From Candidatus Saccharibacteria bacterium CPR2 (lineage in GTDB: Bacteria; Patescibacteriota; Saccharimonadia; Saccharimonadales; QWHN01), in contig QWHN01000001.1 in the NCBI GenBank assembly GCA_021404905.1, positions 2,162 through 66,161 on the forward strand: a DNA stretch of 64,000 nt. Reading direction: 5' to 3'. Below, piece after piece: positions 42,719-51,918 of this stretch. Under the pieces are notes generated by a model. The model was not told the DNA's origin. It saw nothing but the letters and a program-made list of their open reading frames with translations, and made no database searches. Made by a program: the position numbers and the translations under genes. How positions within the stretch are numbered: the stretch's first letter is position 1; every line of letters begins with the position of its first letter.

Positions 42719-43290
42719 TAAATCTAATGCCCCCAAATCTTAAAAAAGATATTCTTTACGCCAGAAGGAATGTCACGCTCGCGCAGTATTGTGTTTTAGT
42801 TGCCATTACGGCGGTTGCACTGACAGGTGTAATGGTCTACGGAATAATGTTAATTAATTCAGATCAAAATGCGCTTGAAGAATCAATATCATCAAAAAAA
42901 TCAACTCTCGAGCTGTTGAAAAAAGATGAAACGGAGGCAAATAATTTGTCTAAAACCATAGACACCATCAACGCTTTGCTTAACAGAGAAGTATCATTTT
43001 CTAAGCTTCTGCAAGATATTGGTGCCCTCATGCCAGAGGGCACGAAACTCACAGGGCTTTCACTCGCATCATCTAAAGACCAGCCTCTCACGATTACAGC
43101 AGCCCTAAACGAACAGAAAAAGGCCGCTATTTTACAACAGAATTTATTAAAATCCGGACTTTTCTCAGCTGTTGATATCCAGGCGGTTAATACCTCCGCA
43201 ACAGCTGAGGATGGCACTCCGACCGAATTCAGCGCTCAGCTTTCGGCCAAATTTGCAGACGAATCTAGCAAGACGGAGAAAAAACAATGA
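42715..43290 (+). CDS. pilN: PilN-like fimbrial assembly protein
   Basis: INLMPPN start, single TM, coiled coil. ATGA overlap with pilM. Confidence 0.75.
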   Translation: MINLMPPNLKKDILYARRNVTLAQYCVLVAITAVALTGVMVYGIMLINSDQNALEESISSKKSTLELLKKDETEANNLSKTIDTINALLNREVSFSKLLQDIGALMPEGTKLTGLSLASSKDQPLTITAALNEQKKAAILQQNLLKSGLFSAVDIQAVNTSATAEDGTPTEFSAQLSAKFADESSKTEKKQ

Positions 43291-43865
43291 CCCCGAAAAA
43301 AGCATATATTCTCATGCTAATTGTTTTGCTGGCAACAATAGCTGGCAGCTTTGGGGTTCTTTATATATCAGATAAGCTGCTAGCAGGCAGAGCCAGTGAC
43401 ATATCGCGGCTCAAAGCTGAAGATCAAGCATTGGATACAAACATCTTAACGGCTAACAAAAATCAACAGACTTTGCAGGAGCTCGCTTATGTCAACGAAC
43501 TGGCAAAAGAGGTATTGCCGCCCGAAAAAATACAATCAAACTTACTTGGAGAAGTCCTTGCCAACGCGGAAGATGCCGGAATATTTTTAAGCAGTATTGC
43601 TTTTTCTGGAAGCATCGATGAAAAAAATCCGCAGTTATCCCAAACTGTCGAGCTTAAAGACGTGCCAGGCGTAAGAGCATTGCAATTTACGGTTGATATG
43701 AGTTCAATTTCATACTCCCAGCTCTTGGATTTTTTGGAAAACCTAGAAAAAAACCGCAGGAAAATGCAAGTTGAAAGCCTAACGATTACGCCAGAATTAG
43801 AGGACGATCAACAATCAGATAAAGTAAGTGCTAATATAACTGTAAACGTTTACATAAAACCATGA
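43287..43865 (+). CDS. pilO: PilO-like pilus assembly protein
   Basis: N-terminal TM plus coiled coil. Position after pilN, with an ATGA overlap. Confidence 0.65.
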   Translation: MTPKKAYILMLIVLLATIAGSFGVLYISDKLLAGRASDISRLKAEDQALDTNILTANKNQQTLQELAYVNELAKEVLPPEKIQSNLLGEVLANAEDAGIFLSSIAFSGSIDEKNPQLSQTVELKDVPGVRALQFTVDMSSISYSQLLDFLENLEKNRRKMQVESLTITPELEDDQQSDKVSANITVNVYIKP

Positions 43866-44161
43866 ATAAACTAAAAGAGAAATTATTCAATAATCTACAG
43901 ATAGTTATAAGAAATTTGAGCCGATGGCGGCTTGTGATATTGGCGCTTAGTGTTATTGGCCTATTCGCATTTTCTGTATTTAGGATCGAGCAATCATCAT
44001 CCGCTAAAGCTGATGAAAATGTGTATAACGAAAAAATAGGCGAGGTTAAAAAAGTAAAGTTTAATTTAGACGCAGTGGAACGAATAAAACAATTGCGTGA
44101 TCGAGAGATAAATATTCAGCCTGAGTACGAAGAATCTAGGAACAATCCATTCGCCGACTAA
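43862..44161 (+). CDS. Small single-TM protein, last gene of the pilus operon
   Basis: 99 aa, one TM. ATGA overlap with the pilO-like gene. No family recognised. Confidence 0.45.
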   Translation: MNKLKEKLFNNLQIVIRNLSRWRLVILALSVIGLFAFSVFRIEQSSSAKADENVYNEKIGEVKKVKFNLDAVERIKQLRDREINIQPEYEESRNNPFAD

Positions 44162-44724
44162 CTTGAATCGTGTCCAGAACCAGTTGCGCTTGTTCCTGAA
44201 TTACGAATAAATTGCTCGTTGGCTTCAATAATTTGTTTAGCCGTAATGTTTGGGCTTGGAGCGTAGGGAAAAACAAAGTTCGACATTTCTCCCGCGGTTT
44301 CAATCGTTATCGTTCCATAATTAAACATGTGAGGCAAAATGCCAGTTTGTTGAGACGTAACATCCTCTATTTTTTCGAGTCCGAGCTGAGATATTTTTCG
44401 ATTAAACAACCCTGCTTGGTAGATCAAAATAATACTTTCGTTAGTTACAATTAGCTCATTTACTTTGTAGATCATAGCCGCGATGGTTGTTGCAAGAACA
44501 GTCAAAATAGCAAAGATCGACGCGATAACAACAATAATTGCGGAACTGTTTTCTAAATTAAGCCCAATTGCCTCCTGATTTCTCGCCATTAGAAACAGCA
44601 CGATCAGATCAAATAAGAATATAAAAGCGCCAGCAAAATATATTCCAAGTAGGCCTATAGGATGTCTCTTGACATCATGTAGCACAATTTCATTTGGATC
44701 AAGATCTAGAAGCCGTTGTCTCAT
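44158..44724 (-). CDS. Bacterial PH-domain (bPH_2/YdbT-like) membrane protein
   Basis: E-x-(V/I)-L pattern NEIVLHDVKRHPIGL, two TM helices, then a PH-like domain. Confidence 0.7.
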   Translation of the reverse strand: MRQRLLDLDPNEIVLHDVKRHPIGLLGIYFAGAFIFLFDLIVLFLMARNQEAIGLNLENSSAIIVVIASIFAILTVLATTIAAMIYKVNELIVTNESIILIYQAGLFNRKISQLGLEKIEDVTSQQTGILPHMFNYGTITIETAGEMSNFVFPYAPSPNITAKQIIEANEQFIRNSGTSATGSGHDSS

Positions 44725-44764
44725 GTATTTTTTAGCGCCTCCGAAACAATTAATACTCTGGTAA

Positions 44765-45805
44765 TTATAACAGATTTGATTGCGGAGAACTTATTTTTAA
44801 CTGCTTGTTTGGATCGTGCTTTAGGTGTTTATATGCCTTATGAGTAACTTTTCTTCCTCTCGGAGTACGCTCTAAAAACCCAATTTGCATAAGATACGGC
44901 TCATAAAAATCTTCAATTGTTGACCTCTCCTCCGCCATTAATGCTGCCAATGTCTCAACGCCAACCGGCCCGCCTTTATGATTAACTATTATTGCCTCAA
45001 TTAATTGTCTATCGGCAGGATCAAGACCCAAGTTATCAATTTCGAGCAATTCAAGTGCTTTTTCGGAGATATTCATGTCTATAATACCGTCGCCATTTAC
45101 ATCAGCATAATCTCTTACTCTTTTGAGTAAGCGATTAGCAACTCTAGGCGTAAGACGTGCTCGTTTGGCAATATTTTCTGTTGCACCAGAATCTATGCTT
45201 ATTCCTAGAATCTTAGCGGAACGATTAATAATTTTTTCGATTTCACTTAAATTATAAAACTCCAGTCGATGCATTATGCCAAATCTATCCCGTAACGGCG
45301 CCGCTAGGGCGCCAGTTCTGGTAGTAGCGCCGATTATTGTAAATTTCGGTAAATCAAGCCGCAGGCTTTTTGCGCTTGGCCCCTTGCCAAGTATGATGTC
45401 GAGTTTATAGTCTTCCATCGCACTGTAAAGCACTTCTTCAACACTTCTGCTTAATCGGTGGATTTCATCAATAAAAAGGATGTCCCCGTCTTGTAAATTT
45501 GTTAGCAGACTCGCTAAATCCGCGGCACGACCCACTGCCGGACCACTTGTTATTCTAATATTTGCTCCCATTTCATGCGCGATTACACTGGCCATCGTAG
45601 TCTTGCCCAATCCTGGCGGGCCGTAAAGCAATACGTGATCTACTGGCTCTTTTCTTTTTTTTGCTGCCTCTATAGCAAGTTTTATATTTTTCTTTAATCT
45701 TTCCTGGCCAATATAGTTTGTAAAATCTTTAGGTCGAAGGCTGTTTTCCAGTCTTTGCTCCTCTTGGTCCTCGTTTGTAGTATTTACAATTCTTTCTACC
45801 GCCAT
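44765..45805 (-). CDS. ruvB: Holliday junction helicase RuvB
   Basis: [21 protein letters not shown], and the arginine-finger region. Confidence 0.97.
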   Translation of the reverse strand: MAVERIVNTTNEDQEEQRLENSLRPKDFTNYIGQERLKKNIKLAIEAAKKRKEPVDHVLLYGPPGLGKTTMASVIAHEMGANIRITSGPAVGRAADLASLLTNLQDGDILFIDEIHRLSRSVEEVLYSAMEDYKLDIILGKGPSAKSLRLDLPKFTIIGATTRTGALAAPLRDRFGIMHRLEFYNLSEIEKIINRSAKILGISIDSGATENIAKRARLTPRVANRLLKRVRDYADVNGDGIIDMNISEKALELLEIDNLGLDPADRQLIEAIIVNHKGGPVGVETLAALMAEERSTIEDFYEPYLMQIGFLERTPRGRKVTHKAYKHLKHDPNKQLKISSPQSNLL

Positions 45806-46383
45806 TATTTACCGCCTTTTAAAGCTACCCGTACGCGTTCCTCGGTTGATAAAGATTTGTCCACGCTTTGCAAAGCAAGATGCGCGTCAGACTCGCTAAA
45901 CCCGAGCGCGATCAATGCTTGCATTGCTTCGTCATTTTGATCAATTCCTCCTCTAAAGACAATCTCCTCGGCCCCTTCAGTTGAAAACGCGCCAATTTTA
46001 TCGCGAAGCTCAACAATCATTTGCTCAGCCGCTCGTTTTCCTACGCCCTTGGCGGTTTGCAATATCTTTACTTCACCGCCAGCAATAGCAGCTTTGACTC
46101 TACCGGCGCCAATATCCATTACGGCTAAAGCCACTTTTGGGCCAATATTCTTCACACTAAGCAGTTGTTCAAACAGATATTTGTTCTCTTTTTTAGCAAA
46201 GCCATATAAATCATGAGTGTTTTCCCTGAGATAATCATATATATAAAGAGCGATTTCTTGGCCTAGTGTCGCCAGCTCAATTTCCGACGCGCTCACGAAA
46301 ACCTCATACCCGACTCCGCCAACATCGACAACGAGCGAGTTATTAAATTTTTCCAACACCTCTCCCCTAATCATCGCTATCAT
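45805..46383 (-). CDS. ruvA: Holliday junction DNA-binding protein RuvA
   Basis: [12 protein letters not shown]...[12 protein letters not shown] aligns with canonical RuvA N-termini. Start set at the ATG at 46383; the stop overlaps the ruvB ATG. Confidence 0.9.
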   Translation of the reverse strand: MIAMIRGEVLEKFNNSLVVDVGGVGYEVFVSASEIELATLGQEIALYIYDYLRENTHDLYGFAKKENKYLFEQLLSVKNIGPKVALAVMDIGAGRVKAAIAGGEVKILQTAKGVGKRAAEQMIVELRDKIGAFSTEGAEEIVFRGGIDQNDEAMQALIALGFSESDAHLALQSVDKSLSTEERVRVALKGGK

Positions 46384-46432
46384 ACCAAGAAGTATATCGT
46401 ATAGAGTATGGAGTATGAAGCGCACCCCTGGC

Positions 46433-46466
46433 TAGAAACTGGAAATTAGAAACTGGAAATTAGAAC
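46433..46466. repeat. 14-bp tandem repeat TAGAAACTGGAAAT x2.4 between ruvC and ruvA
   Basis: Read directly from the sequence. Confidence 0.7.
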
Positions 46467-46474
46467 ATTTTTAA

Positions 46475-46969
46475 CTAATTCCTATTTTCTATTTTCCGAT
46501 TGCTATTCATGGTGTGGCAAATCGCAGCAGCCAAGGCATCGGCGCAATCATCTGGTTTTGGCACATCTTTAAGGCCCAATATAACTCTTACCATTTCTTG
46601 GATTTGCTTTTTGTCAGCATGCCCATATCCCGTCAACGCTTGCTTTATTTGCAAAGGAGTGTATTCATATAACTTTAGTTTGTGCTGTTTACCGCAAAGC
46701 AATACTACGCCCCTTGCTTGAGAGACGCTCATGGCAGTAGTAACATTTTGAGAGAAAAACAACTTCTCTACTACCATAATTTGTGGTTTTTGAAATTTAA
46801 TAATTTCGTGCAGTTCGTCGTATATTGTAGCAAGTCTGTCGCTATCACTTTTATCGGAATCCGTGCGAATCACTCCGCCATCTATAAGTTTTAATTTTCC
46901 GGAATTAATTGCATCAATAACGCCAAATCCAAGAATGCCAACTCCTGGATCAATGCCTAAAATTCGCAT
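46475..46969 (-). CDS. ruvC: Crossover junction endodeoxyribonuclease RuvC
   Basis: MRILGIDPG...VEKLFF...DCADALAAAICH. Confidence 0.93.
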   Translation of the reverse strand: MRILGIDPGVGILGFGVIDAINSGKLKLIDGGVIRTDSDKSDSDRLATIYDELHEIIKFQKPQIMVVEKLFFSQNVTTAMSVSQARGVVLLCGKQHKLKLYEYTPLQIKQALTGYGHADKKQIQEMVRVILGLKDVPKPDDCADALAAAICHTMNSNRKIENRN

Positions 46970-46974
46970 ATAAA

Positions 46975-47700
46975 TTAGCCGTCAATAATATCAAAATTAC
47001 TATATACCTCTGTTACATCATCCAGGTCATCAAGGGCATTCATTAGCCTCATAACTTTCTCGGCAATCCCCTTATCGTTAATTGTAACAATATTTTTTGG
47101 CACATACGACAGTGATGCTTCCAAAACTTCAAGCCCAGTTGCTTTAAGACCATCCCGAACTTTAGCAAGTGCTTTGCCTTCTGTATAGACTATTAATTCT
47201 CCATCTTCTTCGTTTGCATCATCAGCACCAGAATCAAGCGCGCTTAAAATAGCTTCGTCCATACCATTCGTCACCTTTATGCGCACAACTCCCTTGCGTT
47301 CAAATTGGAAAGCCACCGCGCCAGTTTCTGCGATATTACCTCCGTTTTTACTAAACACGGTACGCACATCGGAATATGTTCTATTCTTGTTGTCGCTGGC
47401 ACACTGAACAATTACGGCTATACCGCCCGGCCCATAACCTTCATATGTCATTTCCTGAATCTGGGCGCCACCTAACTCTCCAGTTCCGCGCTTTATTGAC
47501 CGCTCAATATTGACATTTGGCATATTAGCCGTTTTTGCTTTTTCTATTGCCAACGCGAGGGTAGGGTTAAGATCTGGGTTGCCACCGCTCTTTGCGGCAA
47601 TTGCAATCGCATTGCCAAGCTTAGTGAAAAGCTGCCCACGCTTGGCGTCTGTAACGCCTTTTTTACGCTTGATTGTTGCCCATTTTGAATGCCCTGACAT
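46975..47700 (-). CDS. yebC: YebC/PmpR-family transcriptional regulator
   Basis: MSGHSKWATIKRKKG...NMPNVNIERSIKRG. Confidence 0.93.
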   Translation of the reverse strand: MSGHSKWATIKRKKGVTDAKRGQLFTKLGNAIAIAAKSGGNPDLNPTLALAIEKAKTANMPNVNIERSIKRGTGELGGAQIQEMTYEGYGPGGIAVIVQCASDNKNRTYSDVRTVFSKNGGNIAETGAVAFQFERKGVVRIKVTNGMDEAILSALDSGADDANEEDGELIVYTEGKALAKVRDGLKATGLEVLEASLSYVPKNIVTINDKGIAEKVMRLMNALDDLDDVTEVYSNFDIIDG

Positions 47701-47890
47701 AGAAACTCTCCTCGTAACTTCTGTTCTTATAACTGAAGTTTAGTATAGCAAAATATAAATAACTTCAATTGAAGCAATTAACAATAATCGGATTGACTTA
47801 TCTGTTAAACTAGTGTTAATTTATACAAGCAAATGCCTCTCAAAGACATAATGCCCATGGAGGCCTCAACGTAAACCAAAACCTGTTTAC

Positions 47891-47967
47891 GGGCCTGTAG
47901 CTCAGTTGGTTAGAGCAGCGGCCTTTTAAGCCGCGTGTCGTGGGTTCGAATCCCACCAGGCCCTCCA
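47891..47967 (+). tRNA. tRNA-Lys (anticodon TTT), CCA encoded
   Basis: GGGCCTGTAGCTCAGTTGGTTAGAGCAGCGGCCTTTTAAGCCGCGTGTCGTGGGTTCGAATCCCACCAGGCCCTCCA. Confidence 0.9.
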
Positions 47968-47975
47968 CGCCAAGA

Positions 47976-47999
47976 CCCGACCCTTGTGGTCGGGTTTTT
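47976..47999 (+). terminator. Rho-independent terminator after tRNA-Lys(TTT)
   Basis: CCCGACC-cttgt-GGTCGGG followed by TTTTT. Confidence 0.6.
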
Positions 48000-48127
48000 G
48001 CGTGGTATGTTTTGCGTGATTTGGTTCCACGACGCAGATTTTCCGCGAGAAAAATATGCAAGTCGTGGGTCGGTCATGACGAACTCTCGCAGGAGTTCAC
48101 TCCGAGAAAGTGAGGAAATGTGCGTTT

Positions 48128-48148
48128 ATCCCACCAGGCCCTCCACGC
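48128..48148. repeat. Second copy of the tRNA-Lys(TTT) 3' end (21-bp perfect direct repeat of 47950-47970)
   Basis: ATCCCACCAGGCCCTCCACGC is present at both positions. Confidence 0.9.
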
Positions 48149-48234
48149 TTCGCATAAAGCTTCGTGTGGCAGGCCATTTGGTCTGTCACATTTTTTATCG
48201 AAGTGTGCCCCTCGTAGTTTTAACGAAGTGGGGC
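48148..48234 (+). repeat. tRNA-Lys-associated 'U' element, copy 2
   Basis: Ordered blocks CTTCGCA, AGCTTCG, GCCCCTCGTAG and CGAAGTG are shared with 3412-3516 (minus strand). Confidence 0.6.
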
Positions 48235-48303
48235 TAAAATGATTGAATGTATTATGTATATCTTTTGAAACTTTGTGATAATACTATAGGTTACCCCTAT
48301 AAT

Positions 48304-48816
48304 TCACCCTCTGCCACGTTTTTTGGAATGCTTGTCTAACTTTCGTTGACGTTCGTGTTCATGCATTAAAATATCAAATACCGCGATTGTGATGGTAATA
48401 GCGATTATCAAGACCTCAAAATATCTCAGTTGGCCATAAACATAAGATTGGGATTTGATATTTTCCGTAATATTAAGAGGTAAGTTTTGCAAAACAAGCA
48501 ATCCTGAAAGCAAGGCAAAGGCTATTGAAGGCACTATATGTTGCAAAAATCTTGAAGACTGATACCCTCTAAATCTTATTAAAATCACCAGAGCAGGCAG
48601 CAGAATAATTGCTATTGTCACTATAGTTGTAAGTGGAACGCTGGAGTCATCCAAACCCCTTGCTCTTAGAAAGTTAACGACTTCGTCCGTTAATAGATCG
48701 CTCAATACATAACCGGCTGTGAGTCCCAATATAGCCAAGGATATGTTCGTTCTCAGTAATAGACAAAGCAGAGCAATGCCGCCTAGTGAAATTGCCATTA
48801 TGACATCAGCATTCAT
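48304..48816 (-). CDS. Polytopic membrane protein, function unknown
   Basis: 170 aa, 5 TM helices, basic C-terminal tail. Confidence 0.5.
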   Translation of the reverse strand: MNADVIMAISLGGIALLCLLLRTNISLAILGLTAGYVLSDLLTDEVVNFLRARGLDDSSVPLTTIVTIAIILLPALVILIRFRGYQSSRFLQHIVPSIAFALLSGLLVLQNLPLNITENIKSQSYVYGQLRYFEVLIIAITITIAVFDILMHEHERQRKLDKHSKKRGRG

Positions 48817-48837
48817 AGTGCTTATGATAGCGCTAAT

Positions 48838-49335
48838 TTATAGAGAGTCCAATACAATTTGAGCTGTTTGGCCATTTTGCAAACCATATTTATCACTCAG
48901 CCCGGAATTAATCTCTAGAACGTACTTGCCACTATTACAAAACGTAACGGGATAAGTCCCAGGGGTAACATTTTTTTGTATGTGTGTAATCTTCTGATCT
49001 TCACCAATCCAAATCATATCGATCGCGAAATTCATGTCTTTCATCCAAAAACAATATTCATCGACAGATTCAAAAGTAAATAACATTCCCGAATCACTAG
49101 ACAAAGAATTTCTGTTTGAAAGCCCTCTGATCCGTTCCTCGCCACTGTCGGCAACTTCAATATTGAGTTCTAACGCATCGATTTTAATCACGTTATTTTG
49201 GCTTTCAGCCTTGTGGTTTTTGCTGAAAAAAAGATAAAGAGTAACTACTATAAATACTGCGGCTACACATGCGACCTTAGGCGCCAATGCGGTCTTTTTT
49301 CTTTTGTCTTTTTGCATGAAGCTCAACGTATTCAA
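48838..49335 (-). CDS. DUF192-family protein with N-terminal membrane anchor
   Basis: GLSNRNSL...GMLFTFE...FWMKDMNFAIDMIWI pattern. Confidence 0.7.
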   Translation of the reverse strand: MNTLSFMQKDKRKKTALAPKVACVAAVFIVVTLYLFFSKNHKAESQNNVIKIDALELNIEVADSGEERIRGLSNRNSLSSDSGMLFTFESVDEYCFWMKDMNFAIDMIWIGEDQKITHIQKNVTPGTYPVTFCNSGKYVLEINSGLSDKYGLQNGQTAQIVLDSL

Positions 49336-50179
49336 TTATTTTTGAAGCGATATCCTTGCCTGTAGCTTTTTCTATGCCCTCTAGGCCGGGAGAAGAATTT
49401 ACCTCAATCACAAGTGGGCCCCTTTTTGAACGCAACATATCAACTCCACACATAGACAGTCCTAAAGCTTTGGCAGCTTTAATAGCAGTTCGACGTTCTT
49501 CTTGAGTAAGTTTTATTGCAGCCCCAACTCCACCTTGATGAATATTTGATCGAAAATCATCGTCTAAGCTCTGACGCTCCATACTCGCAACCACTCTACC
49601 TCCAATAATAAACACACGCACGTCTTTACCTTCTGATTCGGCAATATATTCCTGCAATAAAATGTTTACTCCCTCCACGTAAAATGCTTGTATTACGGAT
49701 TTTGCCGCTTTTTGAGTCTCCGCAAGTACAACTCCGTTGCCGTGAGTACCTCGAGCTACTTTAATAATCATTGGAACTCCAATTTGGCCCACGAGATCAT
49801 TAACCGAACGCGTTTCTCTAGAAAAAATTGTTCTTGGGATACCTACGCCAGCTTTTGAAAGTACCTGAAGCGATCTTAGTTTATCACGCGTACGGACAAT
49901 GGCAATTGATTTTGCGGTTGTAAATACATCCATCATTTCAAATTGCCGAACTATAGCCGAACCATATTTAGTAATGTTTGATCCTATCCTCGGAATCACA
50001 GCATCAAGATTACTAATATCTTCACCCTCGTATCTCACAGTCGGGTTGTCTTGCTCTATTTCAACGTAACATCTAGCGTGATTTACTAAAATTGCGTTAT
50101 GCCCACGATTGTGAGCAACCTCCATAAGCCTTTTTGTAGAATAATTCGACGGTTCTCGCGATAATATTGCGATTTTCAT
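49277..50179 (-). CDS. rimK: RimK-family ATP-grasp alpha-L-glutamate ligase
   Basis: MKIAILSREPSNYSTKRL...EVNSSPGLEGIE. Confidence 0.9.
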   Translation of the reverse strand: MKIAILSREPSNYSTKRLMEVAHNRGHNAILVNHARCYVEIEQDNPTVRYEGEDISNLDAVIPRIGSNITKYGSAIVRQFEMMDVFTTAKSIAIVRTRDKLRSLQVLSKAGVGIPRTIFSRETRSVNDLVGQIGVPMIIKVARGTHGNGVVLAETQKAAKSVIQAFYVEGVNILLQEYIAESEGKDVRVFIIGGRVVASMERQSLDDDFRSNIHQGGVGAAIKLTQEERRTAIKAAKALGLSMCGVDMLRSKRGPLVIEVNSSPGLEGIEKATGKDIASKIIEYVELHAKRQKKKDRIGA

Positions 50180-50204
50180 ACTAGGCCCCTTATTTATGCT
50201 TAAA

Positions 50205-50615
50205 TTACCCGTTTTCTATAGAAACATCAACAAGAAAGTTGTTCTCTTTTAAAAATTCTTTACCGATTAATACTTCAAATTTCATTTCGGTTCTATCGGT
50301 TAAACTCAAAATTATAGGATAAATTTTGTCTCCAACTTTTATATTCGTATTAAAGAAAAACCTGTTTTCAGTCTGTCCGTTAGAGCTTTTTACGATTTTT
50401 GTGAAAAAATTGTGTGTTTTTACTCTTTTCTGAGAATGATCAAAGGGAGTAAACGACAATACACCCTGCCCTTTGGAATCTCGAACGACTCTAACTCTAG
50501 TGCAATGAATCGCGCCAGTACTTGCGCCAGTATCAATTTTAGCTACAGCCGATAGCCCGAAATCAGGAAAAGTTATTTTTTCAACCGCGCCGATTATATT
50601 TTTTGGAGTTGTCAT
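50205..50615 (-). CDS. RimK-associated retropepsin-like 'ATP-dependent zinc protease' (PF05618-like)
   Basis: AKIDTGASTGAIHC...LIGKEFL. Located directly upstream of rimK. Confidence 0.75.
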   Translation of the reverse strand: MTTPKNIIGAVEKITFPDFGLSAVAKIDTGASTGAIHCTRVRVVRDSKGQGVLSFTPFDHSQKRVKTHNFFTKIVKSSNGQTENRFFFNTNIKVGDKIYPIILSLTDRTEMKFEVLIGKEFLKENNFLVDVSIENG

Positions 50616-50658
50616 ACCCTGTCTCTTAATTATAACATATTATTAGTTATCGAGCAAT

Positions 50659-51789
50659 TCATAAATTCCAAAATTTCTTGCCTTTCTCATCCGCGAATTC
50701 TTCAATTAGCTCTTTTTGCTTTTTTGATAGTCGCTTTGGTATTTCAACCTGCACCTGGATGATGTGATCTCCTCTTTTTGTGTTATTTATATGCGGCACG
50801 CCCAAACCTCTTAGTCTAAAATCTGTCCCTGGCTGGGTACCGGCAGGAATTTTAAGAGTTCTCACCCCATCAACTGTGTCAACTTTAACTTCAGCGCCTA
50901 AAATCGCGTCAATCATTGATATGGATTCTTTAGAAAGGATCAAATCCCCCTCGCGAGTAAACTTCTTGTGAGGTTTTACTTTAATATTTACAAACAGATC
51001 ACCTTTTGAGCCTTGTCCCCCATCTGTTGGAGCTTCGCCCATATTACGCAACCTTATCGCCACACCATCATCAATTCCACTTGGAATTTTGATTTTGATC
51101 TCTTTTTGTTTACGAACCGCTCCGCTGCCACGACATACAGTGCAAACCTTTTCCGGCTCCTTGCCTCTTCCTTTGCAAGTAGGACAGATGCTTGCCTGAC
51201 GAATTTGCCCAAACATTGTATTGTGAGTTTGAGTCACTTGGCCGCTGCCATGGCACGTTTTGCACGTAACCAGTTCATAGCCCGGCTCGACGGTTTTGCC
51301 TTTACAATGGTCACAAATATCTTTTAGTTCAAGATTAAGTTTTTTCTCAGTACCAAAAATTGCTTCCTCGAATTCAAGAGTTATATTGATTTCTAAATCA
51401 TTACCTCTAGCAGCACGTCTTGTGCGGCTACTAGCCCCAAAGGCATCACCAAAGAAGCTGGAAAATATATCACCAAAACCCATATCGCCAAAGTCAAAAT
51501 TAACTCTTTGGCCTCCTGCTTGGCCAAAATCAAATCCTTCAAATCCGCTAAATCCCCCGCCGGCCGAGGCTCCGCCAACACCGGCATGTCCAAATTGATC
51601 ATACCTTTGACGTTTTGAAGGATCTTTAAGCACCTCGTATGCTTCGTTAATCTCCTTAAATTTAGCCTCGTCACCACCTTCTTTGTCGGGGTGATATTTT
51701 ACAGCCAGCCGTCTAAAAGCTTTTTTGATTTCATCATCAGAGGCGCTTTTGGAGACTCCCAATACTTCATAGTAGTCGCGTTTAGTCAT
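50659..51789 (-). CDS. dnaJ: Chaperone DnaJ
   Basis: J domain with HPD (KYHPDKE), G/F region and four CxxCxGxG zinc motifs. Confidence 0.97.
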   Translation of the reverse strand: MTKRDYYEVLGVSKSASDDEIKKAFRRLAVKYHPDKEGGDEAKFKEINEAYEVLKDPSKRQRYDQFGHAGVGGASAGGGFSGFEGFDFGQAGGQRVNFDFGDMGFGDIFSSFFGDAFGASSRTRRAARGNDLEINITLEFEEAIFGTEKKLNLELKDICDHCKGKTVEPGYELVTCKTCHGSGQVTQTHNTMFGQIRQASICPTCKGRGKEPEKVCTVCRGSGAVRKQKEIKIKIPSGIDDGVAIRLRNMGEAPTDGGQGSKGDLFVNIKVKPHKKFTREGDLILSKESISMIDAILGAEVKVDTVDGVRTLKIPAGTQPGTDFRLRGLGVPHINNTKRGDHIIQVQVEIPKRLSKKQKELIEEFADEKGKKFWNL

Positions 51790-51918
51790 AATCTAATTAG
51801 AAATAATAGTCCTTAAATCTCAATAAATACATCGTAATCATCAGCACATAAATAACCACAAGAGTATTTAAATAGTACCTCGCAAGAAAGCTTTTGTTTT
51901 ATTGTTTGGGCATTTGCT

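Noticed and set aside
47840-48237. ORFs 47840..48061 (-) and 47935..48237 (+)
   Set aside because: Both read through the tRNA-Lys(TTT) gene, its terminator and the duplicated 3' end. They are artefacts of the GC-richer tRNA sequence.
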